The notes beneath the pieces were generated by a model that saw only the letters and a list, made by a program, of their open reading frames with translations, did no database searches and had not been told where the DNA came from. Of a stretch of 64,000 nt of DNA, positions 39,423 to 49,628 are shown one piece after another (within the stretch, counting starts at the first letter, position 1; each line of letters opens with the position of its first letter). Made by a program: the position numbers and the translations under genes. The stretch is from an uncultured bacterium (GTDB lineage Bacteria > Omnitrophota > Omnitrophia > Omnitrophales > Aquincolibacteriaceae): assembly GCA_964445745.1 (NCBI GenBank), contig CAYULU010000003.1, positions 2,456 to 66,455 on the forward strand. Reading direction: 5' to 3'.

Positions 39423-39496
39423 TGTTCACTCTTTAGCATCTTGCTGTGACTTACTAAACACAGACGTCACTTTTAATTATAGAAACTTGACGGATC

Positions 39497-39682
39497 CTAC
39501 CAGCTTGATTTCACAACGCCCGGCAGCATTCCAACATGAGCAAGTTCGCGAAAACAGATTCGGCAAATACCAAATTTACGAATGTATCCGCGGGGCCGCC
39601 CGCATCGCTGGCAACGGTTGTACCGGCGTACCTTAAATTTCGGAGTTCGCTTTTGTTTAACAATTAAACAGGTCTTTGCCAT
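39497..39682 (-). CDS. rpsN: 30S ribosomal protein S14, zinc-ribbon (type Z) form
   Basis: 61 aa with [23 protein letters not shown]. Confidence 0.94.
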   Translation of the reverse strand: MAKTCLIVKQKRTPKFKVRRYNRCQRCGRPRGYIRKFGICRICFRELAHVGMLPGVVKSSW

Positions 39683-39693
39683 CTATTTTTCCT

Positions 39694-40260
39694 TTATGCT
39701 TTCTTGAACGGGAAACCAAGGAGCTCAAGAAGTTTCTTGCCTTCTTTGCGATTCTTAGCCGTCGTTACAAAAGTAATATCCATCCCCTGAGTTTTTTTAA
39801 TCTTATCATATTCAACTTCGGAGAAAATAATCTGTTCCGTCAAACCGAGAGAATAATTACCAGCCTGATCAAAGCTTTTATCTGAAAAACCGCGGAAGTC
39901 ACGAATTCGTGGCATCGCAACATTAATCAACCGATCTAAAAATTCGTACATTCGGGCGCGTCGAATGGTAACCTTAAGGCCGATGGGCGAGCCTTCACGA
40001 AGCTTGAATGCAGAAATCGATTTTTTCGCTCTCGTTACAACCGGTTTTTGCCCGGTAATTCTTGAAAGCTCCACGGCAAGCTGGTCAAGAATCTTGATAT
40101 CCTCCTGACCTTCCTTCACGCCCATATTAATGACTATCTTTTCAAGTTTCGGCGCCTGCATAGGATTTTTTAGACCAAACTCTTTCAAAAGAGCAGGAAC
40201 GACTTCCTTACGATAAATATCAAGCAAACGAGGTGTCTCGACAGCAATTTTTTGTTTCAT
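39694..40260 (-). CDS. rplE: 50S ribosomal protein L5
   Basis: [29 protein letters not shown]... The ORF-track start at 40365 overlaps rplX; ATG at 40260 lies 4 nt after the rplX stop. Confidence 0.94.
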   Translation of the reverse strand: MKQKIAVETPRLLDIYRKEVVPALLKEFGLKNPMQAPKLEKIVINMGVKEGQEDIKILDQLAVELSRITGQKPVVTRAKKSISAFKLREGSPIGLKVTIRRARMYEFLDRLINVAMPRIRDFRGFSDKSFDQAGNYSLGLTEQIIFSEVEYDKIKKTQGMDITFVTTAKNRKEGKKLLELLGFPFKKA

Positions 40261-40264
40261 ATTT

Positions 40265-40573
40265 TTATAAAACCTCACCCGACTTTTTTGCGAGACGGTG
40301 TTTGGTTCCGTCCGCGAGGATCGAATACCCCACCCGAGTCGGCTTTCCGCTCCGCGGGCAAACAAGCTTTACATTTGCAGACGGAAGCTTTCCTTCCATT
40401 TTCGTAATCCCTCCCTTGGGATTTTCCTGACTTTTCCTCATGTACACAGTCCGATAGTTGATCTTTTCTATCAGAAGCTTACTCTCCGTTGGATAGACCC
40501 GCATCACGCGGCCTTTTTTACCTTTATCTTTTCCCTTTGTAACAATAACTTCGTCGCCTTTTTTAATCTTCAT
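40265..40573 (-). CDS. rplX: 50S ribosomal protein L24
   Basis: 102 aa, [21 protein letters not shown] (KOW motif). Confidence 0.94.
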   Translation of the reverse strand: MKIKKGDEVIVTKGKDKGKKGRVMRVYPTESKLLIEKINYRTVYMRKSQENPKGGITKMEGKLPSANVKLVCPRSGKPTRVGYSILADGTKHRLAKKSGEVL

Positions 40574-40672
40574 GACTTACCTTGGTAGAGACTTATACCT
40601 TTTTTTGTTATAGAAAAAAATTAAGAAACTTGAAAACTTTTTCTCAAATCCAACCTTGTAAAAGGAACCGAC

Positions 40673-41041
40673 TTAGACAACCTCCGGAGCCAGCGAAATA
40701 ATTTTCGTAAAATCGGCATCTCGAAGTTCACGCGCCACAGGGCCAAATATTCGGGTTCCTCTAGGATTTTTTTGATTATCAATCAAGACAATCGCATTCG
40801 ATGAAAAACGCACAATAGAGCCATCTTTGCGTTGGATCGGACTCTTGGATCTTACAAGAACCGCCTTAACTACTTCACCCTTTTTAATCGCACCATTGGG
40901 AAGCGCTTCTTTCACCGAGGCCGTTATAATATCTCCCACTTCCGCCGTCCGCTTCCCCCGGCGACCCAGCACGCCAATCATGGCAGCCTTCTTTGCTCCG
41001 CTGTTGTCGGCTATTTCAAGCACCGTTCGCATCTGGATCAT
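40673..41041 (-). CDS. rplN: 50S ribosomal protein L14
   Basis: [18 protein letters not shown]... ATGA overlap with the rpsQ stop. Confidence 0.95.
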   Translation of the reverse strand: MIQMRTVLEIADNSGAKKAAMIGVLGRRGKRTAEVGDIITASVKEALPNGAIKKGEVVKAVLVRSKSPIQRKDGSIVRFSSNAIVLIDNQKNPRGTRIFGPVARELRDADFTKIISLAPEVV

Positions 41042-41298
41042 TTCATCACCTTCACAAGCCGCCAATTTTTTGTCTTCGAAAGAGGCCGGGTTTCCATAAT
41101 TTGAACCCGATCCCCTTCTTTTGCTTCGTTCCGTTCATCATGCACCGCGTAACGAATTTGGCGTCTGATCGTCTTATTAAACTTGGGGTGCTGCAAAAGA
41201 CGCGTCACGGAAACAACAACCGTTTTTTTCATTTTTGCACTTACGACAACGCCTTCCCGAACACGCTTGCTCGGCTCTGTTTTTCCTTGTTCGCTCAT
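41038..41298 (-). CDS. rpsQ: 30S ribosomal protein S17
   Basis: 86 aa, ...[18 protein letters not shown]...YAVHDE. Confidence 0.94.
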   Translation of the reverse strand: MSEQGKTEPSKRVREGVVVSAKMKKTVVVSVTRLLQHPKFNKTIRRQIRYAVHDERNEAKEGDRVQIMETRPLSKTKNWRLVKVMK

Positions 41299-41501
41299 TT
41301 CTTTTTCCCGGTTCTCTGGATCTCGTTAACGATTGTCAGGATCCTTGCAATATCCCGCTTGGCCTGACCCAATGTATTTTGTTGCTCAAGCTTTCCTGTT
41401 TTTTGCTGAAAACGCAACTGCATAAGATTTTTCTTAAGATTCATTGCTTTTTCTTTTAATTCTTCCAGACTTAATCCGCGCAGATCAGATGATTTTAACA
41501 T
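41295..41501 (-). CDS. rpmC: 50S ribosomal protein L29
   Basis: 68 aa, [26 protein letters not shown]. Confidence 0.93.
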   Translation of the reverse strand: MLKSSDLRGLSLEELKEKAMNLKKNLMQLRFQQKTGKLEQQNTLGQAKRDIARILTIVNEIQRTGKKK

Positions 41502-41508
41502 ATCAGAC

Positions 41509-41922
41509 TCACGCCTCCCGTTTTACAAATTTGGTGCGAAACGGAAGTTTATGGGCGCACAAACGCATCGCGGACTTTGCAAGCTGTTCAGGAACACCCC
41601 CCATTTCAAAAAGGATCTTGCCAGGCTTAATAACCGCCACATAATATTCCGGCGCTCCTTTGCCCTTTCCCATACGCGTCTCCGCCGGCTTTTTCGAATA
41701 AGGCTTATCAGGAAACACCCGCAACCATATTTTCCCGCCCCTCTTGACGTGCCTCGTAAGCGCCACACGGGACGCTTCAATCTGAATCGCCGTCAACCAG
41801 GCACATTCAAGCGCCTTAAGTCCGTAATCACCATAAGCCAGACGACTTCCTCGAGTCGCAACTCCCCCCATCCAGCCGCGATGCTGCTTGCGGAATTTTA
41901 CACGTTTAGGCATCAGGGGCAT
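41509..41922 (-). CDS. rplP: 50S ribosomal protein L16
   Basis: [16 protein letters not shown]... ATG at 41913 is an alternative; the ORF-track start at 41961 lies further upstream inside rpsC. Confidence 0.93.
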   Translation of the reverse strand: MPLMPKRVKFRKQHRGWMGGVATRGSRLAYGDYGLKALECAWLTAIQIEASRVALTRHVKRGGKIWLRVFPDKPYSKKPAETRMGKGKGAPEYYVAVIKPGKILFEMGGVPEQLAKSAMRLCAHKLPFRTKFVKREA

Positions 41923-42658
41923 TGTTTGTATTCTCCTTACTCGCTTCGGAAGTCTCAGCAACCTTCTTCATCTCAGCCTCAACCTGGCTGAGCTTCTTTT
42001 CAAGCTCTTGCTTTTTTTCTTCCTGTTCCTTCTTAATCAAAATGTCACCTTTATAAATCCAAGCCTTGCAACCAATCGTACCGTAGGTCGTAAAAGCCTC
42101 AGCAAAACCATAATCGATGTCTGCACGAAATGTGCTAAGGGGTACCTTACCCTCCTTATAACCTTCTTCTCGGGCAATTTCGGCGCCACCAAGCCGTCCT
42201 TTACATTTCACCTTGATCCCAAGCGCTCCTTTTTGCATTGCCAATTGAACGGCTTTTTTCATGGCACGACGAAAGCTGACTCGTTTTTCAAGCTGTAACG
42301 CCATATTCTCCGCTACAAGCTGAGCATCAATCTGAGGCATCTTGACTTCTTTGATATCAAGAAAGACTTCGTTTTTCGTGATCGCCGTCAAATCTTCTTT
42401 AATTTTATCAATCTCCTGACCACGGCGTCCAATAATGATCCCAGGTTTTGCGGCAAAGATCCTGACCCGCAAGCGGCTGGAAGCACGATCAATCTCGATC
42501 GAGGAGACCCCGGCCGTCGCAAGCTTCGCTTTAAGATACTTGCGAATCTTGAGATCCTCGCCTAGATACGCAACCGCATCGCCCTTAGCGAACCAGCGCG
42601 CTCTCCAGGGCTTGATGTATCCGACCCTTAAACCATATGGATGAGCTTTTTGACCCAA
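41906..42658 (-). CDS. rpsC: 30S ribosomal protein S3 (with Lys/Glu-rich C-terminal tail)
   Basis: 250 aa, [24 protein letters not shown]..., KH domain, and a tail of about 40 aa. Confidence 0.95.
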   Translation of the reverse strand: MGQKAHPYGLRVGYIKPWRARWFAKGDAVAYLGEDLKIRKYLKAKLATAGVSSIEIDRASSRLRVRIFAAKPGIIIGRRGQEIDKIKEDLTAITKNEVFLDIKEVKMPQIDAQLVAENMALQLEKRVSFRRAMKKAVQLAMQKGALGIKVKCKGRLGGAEIAREEGYKEGKVPLSTFRADIDYGFAEAFTTYGTIGCKAWIYKGDILIKKEQEEKKQELEKKLSQVEAEMKKVAETSEASKENTNNAPDA

Positions 42659-42673
42659 AGTATTTCCTCCTCT

Positions 42674-43123
42674 TTAAGCTGCTTTCGCGGCCTTTTTCTT
42701 ATGAGACTTAACTTCTTCCGGCGCTTCGCCGCCCCAAATTTTCTGACCTTCAGAAACGATCACCGTCAAATGTGACGTTCGCTTTAAAATCTTGTCGGCC
42801 CGCCCCATCGATCGGCTCATGAAACGTTTCATGACGGGACCTCCATCAGCTCGAATGTCTGAAACAATAAGCCTTTTTTCGTTTAATCCAAGATTTTTTG
42901 CGTTCGCAATCGCACTTTTAAGAGTTTTACCGGCAATCCTTGCGCCTTTTTGGGGCATCAGCGACAGAATCCCCATAGCTTCAATCGCCGGCCGCTTGCG
43001 AATCGTATCGATAACCAAGCGCAATTTTCTCGGTGCAATCCGCACATGCTTAGTAATAGATTTAATCTTTCTGGGATCCGGAGCTACCTGAGTAGCAGTT
43101 TTTTTACTATCAACTTTTGCCAT
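42674..43123 (-). CDS. rplV: 50S ribosomal protein L22 (N-terminally extended)
   Basis: ...SITKHVRIAPRKLRLVIDTIRKRP. ATG at 43123; the ORF-track start at 43141 is a TTG abutting the rpsS stop. Confidence 0.92.
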   Translation of the reverse strand: MAKVDSKKTATQVAPDPRKIKSITKHVRIAPRKLRLVIDTIRKRPAIEAMGILSLMPQKGARIAGKTLKSAIANAKNLGLNEKRLIVSDIRADGGPVMKRFMSRSMGRADKILKRTSHLTVIVSEGQKIWGGEAPEEVKSHKKKAAKAA

Positions 43124-43141
43124 AGTTCTCTCTTCAATCAA

Positions 43142-43441
43142 TTAGGTTTTAGCCCCTGTCGCCATCGCGGCAGCTTTTTCGCCAGACGCACTGTGTTTTC
43201 GGAAAGTTCGGGTCGGAGCAAATTCACCCACTTTATGACCTACCATATTTTCGGTCACGAACACATTCAAGAAAGTTTTCCCGTTGTGAACTGTTAAAGT
43301 GACTCCCACAAAATCCGGGGTGATTGTAGAACGCCGCGACCATGTTTTGATCGGCCGACGATCTTTTTTCTCAACAGCTACCCTAACTTTTTTAAGCAAT
43401 TTTTCGTCTACAAAAACGCCTTTTTTTGATGACCGGCTCAT
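43142..43441 (-). CDS. rpsS: 30S ribosomal protein S19
   Basis: 99 aa, [19 protein letters not shown]...HNGKTF. Confidence 0.95.
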   Translation of the reverse strand: MSRSSKKGVFVDEKLLKKVRVAVEKKDRRPIKTWSRRSTITPDFVGVTLTVHNGKTFLNVFVTENMVGHKVGEFAPTRTFRKHSASGEKAAAMATGAKT

Positions 43442-44265
43442 TTTCTACGATCCTTCACGATGTATTTATTGGAAGCCTTGTACCGCTGACGTGTTTTCAA
43501 TCCTTTGGATTTCTGTCCCCAAGGGCTTTGCGGATGATTTCCGCCTTTCGATTTTCCTTCACCACCACCCAGTGGATGATCCACAGGGTTACGGCAAATT
43601 CCACGAGAAACAGGACGTTTACCAAGCCAACGACTGCGTCCCGCCTTTCCAAGAACAATATTTTCATTGTCAATATTCGAACACTGTCCGATCGTCGCGT
43701 ACGCTTTGGAAGGAATTAAGCGAACCTCACCCGATGGCAATTTAATGTGAGCAAAATCATTTTCCTTTGCAAGAATTTGAGCCACACCTCCAGCCGAACG
43801 AACCAGCTTACCACCCAGACCTGGTTTTAATTCGATATTGTGGATCATGGTTCCTTCCGGAATTTTCTGTAGTGGCAAATGGTTCCCCAAAGAGACTTCT
43901 GCCTCGGGCCCACTTATCACCTTTTCCCCCACCTTCAGACCATCTGGGCAAAGAATGTAACTTTTGATTCCATCTTGATAAGCTACAAGCGCAATACGTG
44001 CACTCCGGTTAGGATCATACTCAACGGTTAATACGGTTGCAGGTATACCGTGTCGGAGCCTGCGAAAATCCACTAAACGAATCCTCTGTTTGTGTCCGCC
44101 CCCAATCCGACGCGAGGTAATGTGACCAATATTATTCCGTCCCCCAGTCCTTTTACGGATCTCGGTCAGCGGTTTAAAAGGCCTATCTACTGTGATATCG
44201 GAGAAATCAGATACGTTCCCGTATCGTCGAGTCGGCGTCACTGGTCTAAATTTAATAAGTCCCAT
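43438..44265 (-). CDS. rplB: 50S ribosomal protein L2
   Basis: 275 aa, [14 protein letters not shown]...GGGEGKSKG. Confidence 0.96.
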   Translation of the reverse strand: MGLIKFRPVTPTRRYGNVSDFSDITVDRPFKPLTEIRKRTGGRNNIGHITSRRIGGGHKQRIRLVDFRRLRHGIPATVLTVEYDPNRSARIALVAYQDGIKSYILCPDGLKVGEKVISGPEAEVSLGNHLPLQKIPEGTMIHNIELKPGLGGKLVRSAGGVAQILAKENDFAHIKLPSGEVRLIPSKAYATIGQCSNIDNENIVLGKAGRSRWLGKRPVSRGICRNPVDHPLGGGEGKSKGGNHPQSPWGQKSKGLKTRQRYKASNKYIVKDRRK

Positions 44266-44303
44266 AACTGTTTAACTAGCTCCTTGCCCCGCTCACGCAG
44301 GGG

Positions 44304-44591
44304 TTATTTCGTCCAATCGATTTTGTCACCTTTTTTCAAGGTCACAATCGCTTTTTTCCAATCCGGTGTCTGTCCAGGCTGATAGCGTACACGTCGCCAT
44401 TTTCCGCCCACATTAATCGTATTGACATTGGTGACATGCACATTAAAAATTTTTTCTACCGCAGACTTTATTTCTTTTTTATTCGCGCTTGGATGCACTT
44501 TAAACCCATATTGATTTGCGTTTTTCGTCGCCCGCGTAACTTTTTCCGTGATCCACGGTTCTACAATGATGTCATACATCGTCAAGCTCAT
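44304..44591 (-). CDS. rplW: 50S ribosomal protein L23
   Basis: 95 aa, ...YDIIVEPWITEKVT...YGFKVHPSANKKEIKSAVEKIF. Confidence 0.94.
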   Translation of the reverse strand: MSLTMYDIIVEPWITEKVTRATKNANQYGFKVHPSANKKEIKSAVEKIFNVHVTNVNTINVGGKWRRVRYQPGQTPDWKKAIVTLKKGDKIDWTK

Positions 44592-45229
44592 GATTCAGAA
44601 ACTCCTGTCAACCTTTTTTCGAGAAGCTCAAGCGCCGATTCGTCAATAATGACTTTCACGTGCTGAAGTATGTCGTAAGCATTAATATCCGAAACGCTCT
44701 TGACACAAACCCACTTTTGCAGATTACGGCTTGCACGCTTTAAATTCACATCAAAATCTTTAGTCAAATAAACAGCCTTCTTTTCCTGAATCGGTAGCAT
44801 TTTGACAATACCGGCCCACTCTTTAGTTTTTGCTGTCCCAAGCTTTAAGGACTCGAGAATCATGATGTTTTTTTCACGTCCACGCATCGCAATAGCAACC
44901 TGCAGGGCTTTGCCCCGAATAGCTTTGGACAAATTCACCGAATAATCCCGAGGCCGCGGCCCAAACACGACGCCTCCACCCTTCCAGATCGGTGAACGAG
45001 TCGACCCGTGCCGGGCGTTACCAGTTCCCTTTTGACGCCACGGTTTTTTTCCACCCCCGCGAACTTCTCCGCGAGTCTTGGTATTTGCCGTTCCCCTTCG
45101 AAGGTTGGCGCTATAAGCGTTTCGCACCAATTCAAGAAGCCTTTGATTAATGCGAACCCCAAAAACTTCGGGATTCAACACCACTTCCTGCTTCTTTTTT
45201 CCCTCTTTTGTATAAAGAGGCACTTTCAT
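44588..45229 (-). CDS. rplD: 50S ribosomal protein L4
   Basis: 213 aa, ...RGEVRGGGKKPWRQKGTGNARHGS. Confidence 0.95.
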   Translation of the reverse strand: MKVPLYTKEGKKKQEVVLNPEVFGVRINQRLLELVRNAYSANLRRGTANTKTRGEVRGGGKKPWRQKGTGNARHGSTRSPIWKGGGVVFGPRPRDYSVNLSKAIRGKALQVAIAMRGREKNIMILESLKLGTAKTKEWAGIVKMLPIQEKKAVYLTKDFDVNLKRASRNLQKWVCVKSVSDINAYDILQHVKVIIDESALELLEKRLTGVSES

Positions 45230-45259
45230 CGTTTTGCTCTACCTTTCAGATCGGACGCT

Positions 45260-46000
45260 TTATTTCGCGCCATCGTGGTTTTTTTGTTCAGATGTAATGT
45301 CCGACGAATCTACGGGAGCTTCCTTCGGCTGCTGACTTACTTTCCACTTATTTTTATTGCCACGTTTAAGCGATGATTTGATAAAAAGATATCCACCCTC
45401 AAAACCTGGGATACTTCCTTTAACAACTAACAAATTATTTTCCAGATCAACCTTCACCACTTTAACATTATGAACTGTAACGCGTTCATTGCCGAGATGA
45501 CCAGGAAGCCCTTTACCTTTACGAACTTTTTTTCTTGCGCCCACGCCTCCAGCCTGTGAGCCAATACCGCCGGGTTGCCGCCCAAACATCGAACCATGGC
45601 CTTGCGAAGCCCCTCCCTTATAACCAAGCCGCTTCACAACCCCCTGAAATCCCTTCCCGATCGAAGTCCCGACCACATCCACAAACTCTCCTGCTTCAAA
45701 ATTATCAACCCGAATTTCACTGCCAAGATTAAGATTTTCAAGACTTTCCGTACGGATTTCACGGTTGATGTTAACCGGAGGAATGCCAATCTTTTTAGTC
45801 GCACCCAGACGAGACTTCGTGAGCTTCCGCTCCTTCACAACATCAAAACCAAGCTGAACCGCCTGATAACCATTTTTTTCTTTTGTGCGAATCCCGGTCA
45901 CAAAACAAGGCCCAACTTGAATTAAGGTTACCGGCACCTGAGCACCATCTTCATCGAAAATTCGTGACATCCCAATTTTTTTTCCTAAAAGACCCAACAT
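45260..46000 (-). CDS. rplC: 50S ribosomal protein L3 (with C-terminal tail)
   Basis: 246 aa, MLGLLGKKIGMSRIFDEDG...GKGFQGVVKR. Confidence 0.95.
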   Translation of the reverse strand: MLGLLGKKIGMSRIFDEDGAQVPVTLIQVGPCFVTGIRTKEKNGYQAVQLGFDVVKERKLTKSRLGATKKIGIPPVNINREIRTESLENLNLGSEIRVDNFEAGEFVDVVGTSIGKGFQGVVKRLGYKGGASQGHGSMFGRQPGGIGSQAGGVGARKKVRKGKGLPGHLGNERVTVHNVKVVKVDLENNLLVVKGSIPGFEGGYLFIKSSLKRGNKNKWKVSQQPKEAPVDSSDITSEQKNHDGAK

Positions 46001-46011
46001 GCTTTTTTCCT

Positions 46012-46323
46012 TTAAAGTTTTATCTCAACATCAACGCCCGCCGGCAGATCCAGCTTCATCAAAGCATCAACCGTCCGGGACGTAGGCTCTTCAAGTTCGA
46101 TAAGCCTCTTATGAGTTCGAATTTCAAATTGATCACGTGCTTTTTTATCGATCGTCGGTCCCCGAAGCACGGTGGTCTTCCAAATATGAGTCGGAAGCGG
46201 AATCGGGCCAATGACTTTTGCGCCAGTTTTTTTGGCCGTCGCAACAATTTCCTGGACTGATTGATCCAAGACTCGATGATCGTACGCCTTTAATTTGATA
46301 CGTATTTTTTCTTTAACTGCCAT
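46012..46323 (-). CDS. rpsJ: 30S ribosomal protein S10
   Basis: [22 protein letters not shown]... ATG at 46323 follows GGAG by 8 nt; the ORF-track start at 46377 is an extension. Confidence 0.95.
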   Translation of the reverse strand: MAVKEKIRIKLKAYDHRVLDQSVQEIVATAKKTGAKVIGPIPLPTHIWKTTVLRGPTIDKKARDQFEIRTHKRLIELEEPTSRTVDALMKLDLPAGVDVEIKL

Positions 46324-46519
46324 TTTGTTTGCTCCGTTAATGAACAGACATTTTAAAAATGAATGTCCTTTGCCCACCGCACCTTACTCGCTCGCTTTTT
46401 GAAAGAACAAAAAACTTAAGTAAAGTGTATCTTTCGCTTTTTTATTCAGTGATAAAAGCTAAGGAATGCAGTTCGCCATCACGACACGATGGAGCTTTGC
46501 ATCTCAAAACACAATTCCT

Positions 46520-48601
46520 TCAGCTCGCGATAATTTTCTCCGCGATCATTCTCGGAACTTCCTGATAAGTATTTGGCTCCATCGTATAGGTTGCTCGTCC
46601 CTGAGAGAGAGAACGAACTGCCGTTGCATAACCAAACATTTCAGAAAGAGGCACCAGCCCACGAATGGATTTTAAATGCCCCCGGTTACTTAGTTCCTGA
46701 ATAACACACCGACGCGAATTAAGATCTCCGATAACATCACCCATGTATTCTTCAGGCACAAGGACCTCAACAAGCATAATCGGTTCGAGCAGAATAGGCT
46801 TCGCCCTTTTGAAGGCATCTTTGAACGCGAAAATACCAGCCATTTTAAAAGCAATTTCCGAGGAGTCGACTTCGTGATAACTCCCATCAAAAACCGTCGC
46901 TTTCACGTCGGTGACGGGATAACCTGCCAACACACCATTGGTGCAAGCATCCATAACGCCATCCTCCACCGCGGGAATATACTCCCTTGGGATGGTACCG
47001 CCCACGACCTTATTTTCAAATTCAATACCCTTGCCTCGCTCAAGCGCTTCAACCTTAAGATAGCAATGTCCGTACTGACCCCGACCACCCGTCTGCTTAA
47101 TGAATTTTCCTTCCGCCTCCGCCATCCCCAAAATAGTTTCTTTGTAAGCAACCTGAGGTTTACCGACGTTGACCTGAACTCCATATTCACGTTTTAAAAT
47201 ATCGATCTTAATATCCAGATGAAGTTCACCCATACCCCCGATAAGGGTTTGTACCGTTTCCTGGTCAGTCTTAACACGAAACGTAGGATCTTCAGCAACG
47301 AGCTTCCCAATCGCATCCGAAAGTTTATCACGATCCGCCTTAGTCTTCGGCTCAATTGCCATCCAGATGACAGGCTCCGGGACAAACATCGCCTCAAGCA
47401 GAATAGGATGTTTTTCGTCGCAGAACGTATCACCGGTTTTTACATCCTTAAGTCCGACCGCCGCAACGATATTTCCAGCACCCGCCTCATCAATTTCCTC
47501 ACGCTTGTTCGAATGCATAATCAAAAGCCGCCCCAATCGCTCCGTTTTTCCGGTCCGAGTGTTGGTGATATAAGATGCCGATGCGAGCGTGCCCGAATAA
47601 ATTCGAATAAAGGTTAATGTCCCTACAAACTTGTCACTTGCGATCTTGAACGCATAACAACTGAGCGGTGCTTTATCATCCGTTTCACGGACAATTTCAT
47701 TTCCGGTCTCAGGATCTGTACCTTTAACCGGCGGTACATCTTTCGGCGATGGCAAATAATCCACAACCGCATCGAGCATTTGCTGTACACCTTTGTTCTT
47801 TAACGAAGATCCCACAATTACCGGAGTCATCTTAAGTGAAACCGTCCCTTTGCGAATTGCAGCTTTTATTTCTGCAATGGTCGGCTCCTGACCTTCAATA
47901 AACTTTTGCATTAAATGATCATCACATTCAGAGACTTTTTCAATCATAAACTCACGGGCTTTTTTGCAAGTATCAAGATACTCTTCGGGGACATCGATGG
48001 TTTGAAATTTAGCTCCAAGGCTGTCATCATCAAAAATAAAAGCTTTCATTTCAACAAGATCGATCAACCCTTTGAAATTTTCTTCTCGACCAATCGGATA
48101 TTGTATCGGAACAGCGTTCGCCCCGAGCTGATCCCGCATTTGCTGGACATTTTTCTCAAATTCCGCACCGGTACGATCCATCTTATTGATATAAGCAATC
48201 CGTGGAACATGATATCGATCCGCTTGCCGCCAAACCGTTTCAGACTGTGGCTCGACACCTTCCACCGCACCGAAAACAGCTACACAACCGTCCAGCACGC
48301 GCAAAGACCTTTCGACCTCAATAGTAAAATCTACGTGGCCGGGGGTATCAATAAGGTTAATCCGGCAATCTCTCCAAAAACAGGTCGTCGCCGCAGACGT
48401 AATCGTAATACCGCGCTCCTGCTCTTGCTCCATCCAGTCCATCACTGCGGTCCCTTCATGCACTTCACCAACCTTGTAGGTTCGCCCAGTGTAAAAAAGA
48501 ATACGCTCAGACGTAGTGGTTTTTCCTGCATCGATATGCGCCGCAATACCGATGTTACGAATTTTTTCTAGCGGATAATGTATTTTTTTATCGTCTGCCA
48601 T
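46520..48601 (-). CDS. fusA: Elongation factor G
   Basis: 693 aa, [30 protein letters not shown]. Confidence 0.96.
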   Translation of the reverse strand: MADDKKIHYPLEKIRNIGIAAHIDAGKTTTSERILFYTGRTYKVGEVHEGTAVMDWMEQEQERGITITSAATTCFWRDCRINLIDTPGHVDFTIEVERSLRVLDGCVAVFGAVEGVEPQSETVWRQADRYHVPRIAYINKMDRTGAEFEKNVQQMRDQLGANAVPIQYPIGREENFKGLIDLVEMKAFIFDDDSLGAKFQTIDVPEEYLDTCKKAREFMIEKVSECDDHLMQKFIEGQEPTIAEIKAAIRKGTVSLKMTPVIVGSSLKNKGVQQMLDAVVDYLPSPKDVPPVKGTDPETGNEIVRETDDKAPLSCYAFKIASDKFVGTLTFIRIYSGTLASASYITNTRTGKTERLGRLLIMHSNKREEIDEAGAGNIVAAVGLKDVKTGDTFCDEKHPILLEAMFVPEPVIWMAIEPKTKADRDKLSDAIGKLVAEDPTFRVKTDQETVQTLIGGMGELHLDIKIDILKREYGVQVNVGKPQVAYKETILGMAEAEGKFIKQTGGRGQYGHCYLKVEALERGKGIEFENKVVGGTIPREYIPAVEDGVMDACTNGVLAGYPVTDVKATVFDGSYHEVDSSEIAFKMAGIFAFKDAFKRAKPILLEPIMLVEVLVPEEYMGDVIGDLNSRRCVIQELSNRGHLKSIRGLVPLSEMFGYATAVRSLSQGRATYTMEPNTYQEVPRMIAEKIIAS

Positions 48602-48674
48602 GATATTTTTGCATTTCTATTTAATCACGTTACCACGCATGTTTTTGGAGCCATCAATTATTTCCGGCCATCTA

Positions 48675-49142
48675 TTACCAACGATAATGCGCAAACGCCC
48701 TGTTGGATTCAGCCATCTTATGAACATCTTCTCTCTTTTTAACGGCCGCACCGGTCTTATTAAAGCCATCGATCAGTTCCTGCGCAAGCTTCTCGTGCAT
48801 AGGTTTTCCCTTTCGTTCACGGGAATAGGCACGGATCCATCGAAGCGCAAGAGATTGACCACGCTCTTCCGGGACACTGACCGGCACTTGGTAGGTCGCC
48901 CCGCCAACTCGGCGAGACTTCGTTTCCAAAAGAGGTCGGATATTATCCACGGAATGATGAAAAACTTCAAGAGGTTCTTTTGAAGTTTTTTCTTTGATAA
49001 TATCGAACGCCTGATAAACAATTTTTTCAGCGATTGATTTTTTCCCGCGCTCCATAACAACGTTGATCAGTTTTGCAACCAACAAGTCATTAAAACGTGG
49101 GTCGGGATCAATTCTTCTTTTTTGTGCGCGACGCCTTCTCAT
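48675..49142 (-). CDS. rpsG: 30S ribosomal protein S7
   Basis: 155 aa, [19 protein letters not shown]... Confidence 0.95.
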   Translation of the reverse strand: MRRRRAQKRRIDPDPRFNDLLVAKLINVVMERGKKSIAEKIVYQAFDIIKEKTSKEPLEVFHHSVDNIRPLLETKSRRVGGATYQVPVSVPEERGQSLALRWIRAYSRERKGKPMHEKLAQELIDGFNKTGAAVKKREDVHKMAESNRAFAHYRW

Positions 49143-49531
49143 GCTGCCTTTGCATCCTTCTTGGGTGTTTTGGCTCCGTATTTGGAGCGTGATTTAGTAC
49201 GGTCCGCGACACCACCGGTGTCGAGTTTCCCGCGAACAATATGGTAACGTACGCCGGGAAGATCTTTAACGCGACCTCCACGCACAAGTACAATCGAGTG
49301 CTCCTGAAGATTATGCCCCACCCCCGGGATATAGGCAGTGACTTCCTCTCCATTGGTAAGCCTCACCCGCGCAATCTTTCGTAGCGCCGAGTTTGGCTTC
49401 TTGGGAGTTTGTGTACGAACCATGAGACAAACCCCTTTTCGAAACGGCGCGTTATGCAAGGCCGGAGATTTTGACTTCGTTTCAAATTTTTTTCTACCGT
49501 ACTTGATCAATTGATTTATTGTGGGTGCCAT
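49139..49531 (-). CDS. rpsL: 30S ribosomal protein S12
   Basis: 130 aa, [14 protein letters not shown]...[10 protein letters not shown]. Confidence 0.96.
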   Translation of the reverse strand: MAPTINQLIKYGRKKFETKSKSPALHNAPFRKGVCLMVRTQTPKKPNSALRKIARVRLTNGEEVTAYIPGVGHNLQEHSIVLVRGGRVKDLPGVRYHIVRGKLDTGGVADRTKSRSKYGAKTPKKDAKAA

Positions 49532-49547
49532 TATCTTTTACCCCGTT

Positions 49548-49574
49548 AAAACAGATTTCTAACACATCTGTTTT
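49548..49574 (-). promoter_or_regulatory. A/T-rich 9-bp hairpin in the rpoC-rpsL spacer
   Basis: AAAACAGAT-N9-ATCTGTTTT; possible weak terminator or attenuator between the rpoBC and str units. Confidence 0.35.
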
Positions 49575-49628
49575 GTTTAATATTTTATTTTTAACTTTAT
49601 TTGACCCGCGAGCTTACCTTCCAGCTCT

